Of a DNA stretch of 64,000 nt, positions 57,101 to 64,000 are shown in pieces. Positions within the stretch are counted from its first letter, which is position 1, and every line of letters begins with the position of its first letter. This DNA comes from Eledone cirrhosa (lineage: Eukaryota), in the NCBI GenBank assembly GCA_964016885.1, contig OZ024744.1, positions 17,918,001-17,982,000 of the forward strand, written 5' to 3'. The position numbers were made by a program, and so were the translations under genes. The notes beneath the pieces are model-generated. The model was given only the letters and a program-made list of their open reading frames with translations, was not told where the DNA came from and ran no database searches.

Positions 57101-59650
57101 TGTCACTGTGTGTGTCACTAAATGTTTGTGTGTGTCTGTGTCTCTGTGTATGTCACTGTGTGTTTGCGTGTGTCTGTGTCACTGTGGATGTCACTGTGTG
57201 TTTCTGTATGTCTATGTGACTGTGTATGTCACTGTTTGTTTGTGTATGTCTGTGTCACTGTGTGTGTTTCTGTATGTCTGTGTCATTGTGTATGTCACTG
57301 TATGTTTCTGTATGTATGTGTCACTGTGTATGTCACTGTATTTTTCTGTATGTCTGTGTCACAGTGTATGTCACTGTATCTTTGTGTATGTATGTGTCCC
57401 TGTGTATGTCACTGTATGTTTCTGTATGTCTGTGTCACTGTGTATGTCACTGTGTGTTTCTGTATGTCTGTGTCACTGTGTATGTCACTGTATCTTTGTG
57501 TATGTCTGTGTCACCGTGTATGTCACTGTATGTTTCTGTATGTCTGTGTCACTGTGTATGTCACTGTATTTTTCTGTATGTCTGTGTCACCGTGTATGTC
57601 ACTGTATCTTTGTGTATGTATGTGTCCCTGTGTATGTCACTGTGTGTTTGTGTATGCCTGTGTCACTGTGTATGTTACTGTGAGTTTCTGTATGTCTGTG
57701 TCACTGTGTATGTCACTGTATATTTCTGTATCTGTGTCAGTGTGTATGTCACTGGGTGTTTCTGTATGTCTGTGTCACTCTGTATATCACTGTATCTTTG
57801 TGTAGGTCTGTGTCACCGTGTATGTCACTGTGAGTTTCTGTATGTCTGTGTCACTGTCTATGTCACTGTATCTTTGTGTATGTATACGTCACTGTGTATG
57901 TCAGTGTGTGTTTCTGTATGTCTGTGTCTCTGTGTATGTCACTGTATCTTTGTGTATGTCTGTGTCACTGTGTATGTCACTGTGTGTTTGTGTATGCCTG
58001 TGTCACTGTGTATGTTACTGTGAGTTTCTGTATGTCTGTGTCACTGTGTATGTCACTGTATCTTTGTGTATGTCTGTGTCACTGTGTATGTTACTGTGAG
58101 TTTCTGTATGTCTGTGTCACGCTGTATGTCACTGTATCTTTGTGTAGGTCTGTGTCAGCGTGTATGTCACTGTATCTTTATGTATGTCTGTGTCACTGTT
58201 TATGTCACTGTGAGTTTCTGTATGCATGTGTCACTGTGTATGTCACTGTGAGTTTCTGTATGTCTGTGTCACTGTGTATGTCACAGTGTGTTTCTGTATG
58301 TATGTGTCACTGTGTATGTCACTGTATGTCTCTGTATGTATGTGTCACTGTCTATGTCACTGTATCTTTGTGTATGTCTACGTCACTGTGTATGTCACTG
58401 TGTGTTTCTGTATGTCTGTGTCTCTGTGTATGTCACTGTATCTTTGTGTATGTCTGTGTCACTGTGTATGTCACTGTGTGTTTCTGTATGTCTGTGTCAC
58501 TGTGTATGTCACTGTGTGTTTCTGTATATCTGTGTCTCTGTGTATGTCACTGTATATTTGTGTATGTCTGTGTCACTGTGTATGTCACTGTATCTTTGTG
58601 TATGTTTGTGTCACGGTGTATATCACTGTATGTTTGTGTATGTCTGTGTCACTCTATATGTCACTGTACGTTTGTGTATGTCTGTGTGACTGTGTATGTC
58701 ACTGTATGTTTCTGTATGTCTGTGTCACGGTGTATGTCACTGTGTGTTTCTGTATGTCTGTGTCACTGTGTATGTCACTGTATCTTTGTGTATGTCTGTG
58801 TCACTGTGTACGTCACTGTGTGTTTCTGTATGTATGTGTCACTGTCTCTGTCACTGTATGTTTCTGAATGTCTGTGTCACTGTGTATGTCACTGTGTGTT
58901 TCTGTATGTCTGTGTCACGGTGTATGTCACTGTATGTTTGTGTGTGTCTCTGTCACTGTGTATGTCACTGTGTGTTTCTGTATGTCTGTGTCACCGTGTA
59001 TGTCACTGTATCTTTGTGTATGCCTGTGTCACTGTGTATGTCACTGTGTGATTATGTATGTCTGTGTCACTGTGTATGTCACTGTGTGTTTCTGTATGTT
59101 TGTGTCACTGTGTATGTCACTAAATGTTTGTGTGTGTCTGTGTCTCTGTCTATGTCACTGTGTGTTTGCGTGTGTCTGTGTCACTGTGTATGTCACTGTT
59201 TGTTTCTGTATGTCTGTGTCACTGTGCATGTCATTGTATCTTCGTGTATGCCTGTGTCACTGTGTATGTCACTGTATCTTTGTGTATGTCTGTGTCAATC
59301 TGTATGTCAATGTGTGTTTCTGCATGTCTGTGTTACTGTGTATGTCATTGTGTGTTTCTGTATGTCTGTGTCACTGTGTATGTCACTGTATGTTTCTGTA
59401 TGTCTGTTTCACTGTGTATGTCACTGTGTGTTTCTGTATGTCTCTGTCACTCTGTATGTCACTGTATATTTCTGTATGTCTGTGTCACCGTGTATGTCAC
59501 TGTATGTTTCTGTATGTCTGTGTCACTGTGTATGTCACTGTATTTTTATGTATGTCTGTGTCACTGTGTATGTCACTGTATCTTTGTGTATGTATGTGTC
59601 CCTGTGTATGTCACTGTATGTTTCTGTATGTCTGTGTCATTGTGTATGTC
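51150..59650. repeat. About 8.5-kb copy of 33260-41840 (offset about 17891, then 17812)
   Basis: Offsets 33311/51202 and 34651/52542 = 17891, 35751/53643 = 17892, 37876/55766 = 17890, 38978/56790 and 41312/59124 = 17812. A 76-bp deletion lies near 56290, plus several 1-2 bp indels. Confidence 0.9.
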
Positions 59651-62600
59651 ACTGTGTGTTTATGTATGTCTGTTTCACTGTGTATGTCACTGTATCTGTG
59701 TGTATGTCTGTGTCACTGTGTATGTCACTGTGTGTTTCTGTATGTCTGTGTCACTGTGTATGTCACTGTATATTTGTGTATGTCTGTGTCACCGTGTATG
59801 CCACTGTATGTTTGTGTATGTCTATGTCACTGTGTATGTCACTGTATATTTGTGTATGTCTGTGTCACGGTGTATGTCACTGTATCTTTGTGTATGTCTG
59901 TGTGACTGTGTATGTCACTGTATGTTTATGTATGTCTGTGTCACTGTGTATGTCACTGTGTTTTTCTGTATGTCTGTGTCTCTGTGTATGTCACTGTATG
60001 TTTGTGTGTGTCTGTGTCCCTGTGTATGTCAATAATGTCTCTGTATGTCTGTGTCAGTGTGTATGTCACTGGGTGTTTCTGTATGTCTGTGTCATTCTGT
60101 ATATCACTGTATCTTTATGTAGGTCTGTGTCACCGTGTATGTCACTGTATCTTTGTGTATGTCTGTGTCACTGTGTATGTCACTATATCTTTGTGTATGT
60201 CTGTGTGACTGTGTATGTCACTGTATGTTTATGTATGTCTGTGTCACTGTGTATGTCACTGTGTGTTTATGTATGTCTGTGTCACTGTGTATGTCACTGT
60301 ATCTTTGTGTATGTCTGTGTCACTGTGTATTTCACTGTCTGTCTCTGTATGTCTGTGTCACTATCTATGTCACTGTATCTTTGTGTATGTCTGTGTATCT
60401 GTGTATGTCACTGTGTGTTTCTGTATGTCTGTGTCTCTGTGTATGTCATTGTATCTTTGTGTATGTCTGTGTCACTGTGTATGTCACTGTGTGTTTCTGT
60501 ATATCTGTGTCTCTGTGTATGTCTCTGTATCTGTATGTATGTCTGTGTCAATGTGTATGTCACTGTATCTTTCTGTATGTCTGTGTCACGGTGTATATCT
60601 CTGTATGTTTCTGTATGTCTGTGTCATTGTCCATCTCACTGTATGTTTCTGAATGTCTGTGTCACTGTGTATGTCACTGTGCGTTTCTGTATGTCTGTGT
60701 CACTGTGTATGTCTCTGTCACTGTGTATGTCACTGTGTGTTTCTGTATGTCTGTGTCACTGTATATGTCACTGTATGTTTGTGTATGTCTGTGTCACTGT
60801 GTATGTCACTGTGTGTTTCTGTATGTCTGTGTCACTGTGTATGTCACTGTGTGTTTCTGTATGTCTGTGTCACTGTGTAAGTCATTGTATCTTTGTGTAT
60901 GTCTGTGGCACTCTGTATGTCATTGTGTGTTTCTGTATGTCTGTGTCACTGTGTATGTCACTGTATCTTTGTGTATGTATGTGTCACTGTGTATGTCACT
61001 GTGCGTTTGTGTATGCCTGTGTCACTGTGTATGTTACTGTGAGTTTCTGTATGTCTGTTTCACTGTGTATGTCACTGTATATTTCTGTATCTGTGTCAGT
61101 GTGTATGTCACTGGGTGTTTCTGTATGTCTGTGTCACTCTGTGTATCACTGTATCTTTGTGTAGGTCTGTGTCAGCGTGTATGTCACTGTGACTTTCTGT
61201 ATGTCTGTGTCACTGTGTATGTCACAGTGTGTTTCTGTATGTATGTGTCACTGTCTATGTCACTGTATCTTTGTGTATGTATACGTCACTGTGTATGTCA
61301 CTGTGTGTTTCTGTATGTCTGTGTCACTGTGTATGTCACTGTGTGTTTCTGTATATCTGTGTCTCTGTGTATGTCACTGTATCTTTGTGTATATCTGTGT
61401 CACTGTGTATGTCACTGTATCTTTGTGTATGTCTGTGTGACTGTGTATGTCACTGTATGTTTCTGTATGTCTGTGTCACTGTGTATGTCACTGTGTGTTT
61501 CTGTATGTCTGTGTCACTGTGTATGTCACTGTATCTTTGTGTATGTCTGTGTCACTGTGTACGTCACTGTGTGTTTATGTATGTATGTGTCACTGTCTAT
61601 GTCACTGTATGTTTCTGAATGTCTATGTCATTGTGTATGTCACTGTGTGTTTCTGTATGTATGTGTCACGGTGTATGTCACTGTATGTTTGTGTGTGTCT
61701 GTGTCACTGTGTATGTCACTGTGTGTTTGTGTATGTCTGTGTCACTGTATGTTTCTGTATGTCTGTGTCACTGTGTATGTCACTGTGTGTTTCTGTAGTT
61801 CTGTGTCACCGTGTATGTCACTGTATCATTGTGTATGCCTGTGTCACTGTGTATGTCAGTGTGTGATTATGTATGTCTGTGTCACTGTGTATGTCACTGT
61901 GTGTTTCTGTATGTTTGTGTCACTGTGTATGTCACTAAATGTTTGTGTGTGTCTGTGTCTCTGTCTATGTCACTGTGTGTTTGCGTGTGTCTGTGTCACT
62001 GTGTATGTCAGTGTGTGTTTCTGTATGTCTGTGTGACTGTGTATGTCACTGTTTGTTTGTGTATGTCTGTGTCACTGTGTGTGTTTCTGTATGTCTGTGT
62101 CACTGTGCATGTCATTGTATCTTTGTGTATGTCTGTATCACTGTGTATGTCACTGTATCTTTGTGTATGTCTGTGTCACTCTGTATGTCACTGTGTGTTT
62201 CTGCATGTCTGTGTCACTGTGTATGTCATTGTGTGTTTCTGTATGTCTGTGTCACTGTGTATGTCACTGTATGTTTCTGTATGTCTGTTTCACTGTGTAT
62301 GTCACTGTGTGTTTCTGTATGTCTCTGTCACTCTGTATGTCACTGTATATTTCTTATGTCTGTGTCACTGTGTATGTCACTGTATGTTTCTGTATGTCTG
62401 TGTCACTGTGTATGTCACTGTATGTTTCTGTATGTCTGTGTCACTGTGTATGTCACTGTATCTTTGTGTATGAATGTGTCCCTATGTATGTCACTGTATG
62501 TTTCTGTATGTCTGTGTCTCTGTGTATGTCACTGTGTGTTTCTGTATGTCTGTGTCACTGTGTATGTCACTGTATCTTTGTGTATGTCTGTGTCACCGTG

Positions 62601-64000
62601 TATGTCACTGTATGTTTCTGTATGTCTGTCACTGTGTATATCACTGTATGTTTCTGTATGTCTGTTTCACTGTATATGTCACTGTATGTTTCTCTATGTC
62701 TGTGTCACTGTGTATGTCACTGTATCTTTGTGTATGTCTGTGTCACGGTGTATGTCACTGTATGTCTGTGTGTGTCTGTGTCACTGTGTATGTCACTGTG
62801 TGTTTGTGTATGTCTGTGTCACTGTATGTTTATGTATGTCCGTGTCACTGTGTATGTCACTGTGTGTTTCTGTATGTATGTGTCACTGTGTATGTCACTG
62901 TATGTGTGTGTATGTCTGTGTCACGGTATATGTCACTGTATCTTTGTGTATGCCTGTGTCACTGTGTATGTCACTGTGTATGTCAATGTCTCTGTGTGTA
63001 TCTGTATGTCTGTGTCTCTGTGTATGTCACTGTATCTTTGTGTATGTATGTGTCACTGTGTATGTCACTGTGTGTTTCTGTATGTCTGTGTCACTGTGTA
63101 TGTCACTGTGTGTTTCTGCATGTCAGTGTCACTGTGTATGTCACTGTGTGTTTCTGTATGTCTGTGTCACTGTGTATGTCACTGTGTGTTTCTGTATGTC
63201 TGTGTCACTGTGTATGTCACTGAGAGTTTCTGTATGTCTGTGTCACTATGTATGTCGCTGTATGTTTGTGTTGTCTGTGTCACTGTGTATGTCACTGGGT
63301 GTTTCTGTATGTCTGTGTCACTGTGTACGTCACTGTGCGTTTCTGTATGTATGTATCACTGTGTATGTCACTGTGTGTCTCTGTATGTCTGTGTCACTGT
63401 CTATGTCACTGTATCTTTGTGTATGTCTGTGTCACTGTGTATGTCAATGTGTGTTTCTGTATGTATGTGTCTCTGTGTATGTCACTGTATCTTTGCGTAT
63501 GTATGTGTCACTGTGTATGTCACTGTGTGTTTCTGTATGTCTGTGTCACTGTGTATGTCACTGTGTGTTTCTGTATATCTGTGTCTCTGTGTATGTCACT
63601 GTATCTTTGTGTATGTCTGTGTCACTGTGTATGTCACTGTATCTTTGTGTATGTTTGTGTCACGGTGTATATCACTGTATGTTTGTGTATGTCTGTGTCA
63701 CTCTATATGTCACTGTACGTTTGTGTATGTCTGTGTGACTGTATATGTCACTGTATGTTTCTGTATGTCTGTGTCACGGTGTATGTCACTGTGTGTTTCT
63801 GTATGTCTGTGTCACTGTGTATGTCACTGTATCTTTGTGTATGTCTGTGTCACTGTGTACGTCACTGTGTGTTTCTGTATGTATGTGTCACTGTCTATGT
63901 CACTGTATGTTTCTGAATGTCTGTGTCACTGTGTATGTCACTTTGTGTTTCTGTATGTCTGTGTCACGGTGTGTGTCACTGTATGTTTGTGTGTGTCTGT
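59650..64000. repeat. More diverged satellite segment. The part from about 61200 is related to subfamily B (45000-47300 and 49400-51100)
   Basis: Many variants seen only here in 59650-61200. The B-type markers gtatcattg (61823), atttcttatg (62349), caatgtctct (62984) and gtcgctg..gtgttgtc (63254) occur in the same order as in 45680-47070. Confidence 0.75.

Larger units (their letters stand above)
1..64000. repeat. Tandem satellite array, 38-bp monomer (consensus CACTGTGTATGTCACTGTGTGTTTCTGTATGTCTGTGT), about 1,700 copies, running off both window ends
   Basis: Monomer is directly readable throughout, e.g. consecutive copies from 721 and at 993-1068. GTCAC recurs at alternating 12- and 26-bp spacing. 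All three plus frames give the same 38-aa repeat, as expected for a 38-bp period. No non-repeat sequence or inversion seen. Copy number is estimated as 64000/38. Confidence 0.99.

Noticed and set aside
3-63916. Hundreds of long Cys/Val/His-rich plus-strand ORFs (up to 830 aa) resembling metallothionein or keratin-associated proteins
   Set aside because: The consensus has no plus-strand stop codon and 38 is not a multiple of 3, so all three frames give the same 38-aa repeat. ORFs overlap in all frames, end at random variant stops, and indels do not preserve frame.
1-64000. Absence of minus-strand ORFs as a sign of coding-strand selection
   Set aside because: TCA occurs twice per monomer, giving TGA on the minus strand that cycles through all frames. 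The asymmetry is purely mechanical.
1-64000. CRISPR-like array (38-bp period, conserved core plus variable patch)
   Set aside because: There are no unique spacers: the variable patch has only a few related states. No leader or cas genes are present.
1-64000. Multiheme cytochrome (CxxCH) or zinc-finger motifs in the translations
   Set aside because: The recurring pattern is CxCH/CHC generated by TGT and CAC codons, with no domain context.
1-64000. Telomeric repeat (yeast-like TG-rich or long-unit telomere)
   Set aside because: No G-runs, and multi-kb ordered variant blocks indicate recombinational amplification rather than telomerase templating.
1-64000. Assignment to a named satellite family or organism
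   Set aside because: I do not recognise the monomer with confidence. A Dfam/Repbase/BLAST search of the consensus is needed.

Overview
The whole 64 kb window is one uninterrupted, head-to-tail tandem satellite array in a single orientation, most plausibly eukaryotic (inference from architecture; the organism cannot be identified from this sequence). The monomer is 38 bp, consensus CACTGTGTATGT-CACTGTGTGTTT-CTGTATGTCTGTGT (12+12+14 bp subunits), roughly 1,700 copies, and looks derived from a (GT)n/(CA)n microsatellite. I see no credible gene, RNA gene, transposon or CRISPR array. The Cys/Val/His-rich plus-strand ORFs are artefacts of a stop-free monomer. The informative content is the repeat hierarchy: a 2-bp T periodicity, 12-bp subunits, 38-bp monomers, 114- and 722-bp local duplications, an irregular ~2-kb ordered cycle of variant monomers, and multi-kb block duplications at offsets of about 4.3, 7.9, 9.6, 10.4, 11.1, 11.7, 17.9 and 23.6 kb, arranged as two interleaved subfamilies. 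The most unusual motif-level observation is that the monomer reads on the minus strand as a V(D)J-RSS-like signal (CACAGTG, 22 bp, ACAGAAACA). This may be only a by-product of CA-repeat ancestry. I cannot support a claim of a new biological system from this window. Block boundaries were read by eye and from ORF-track offsets and are approximate to about one monomer.
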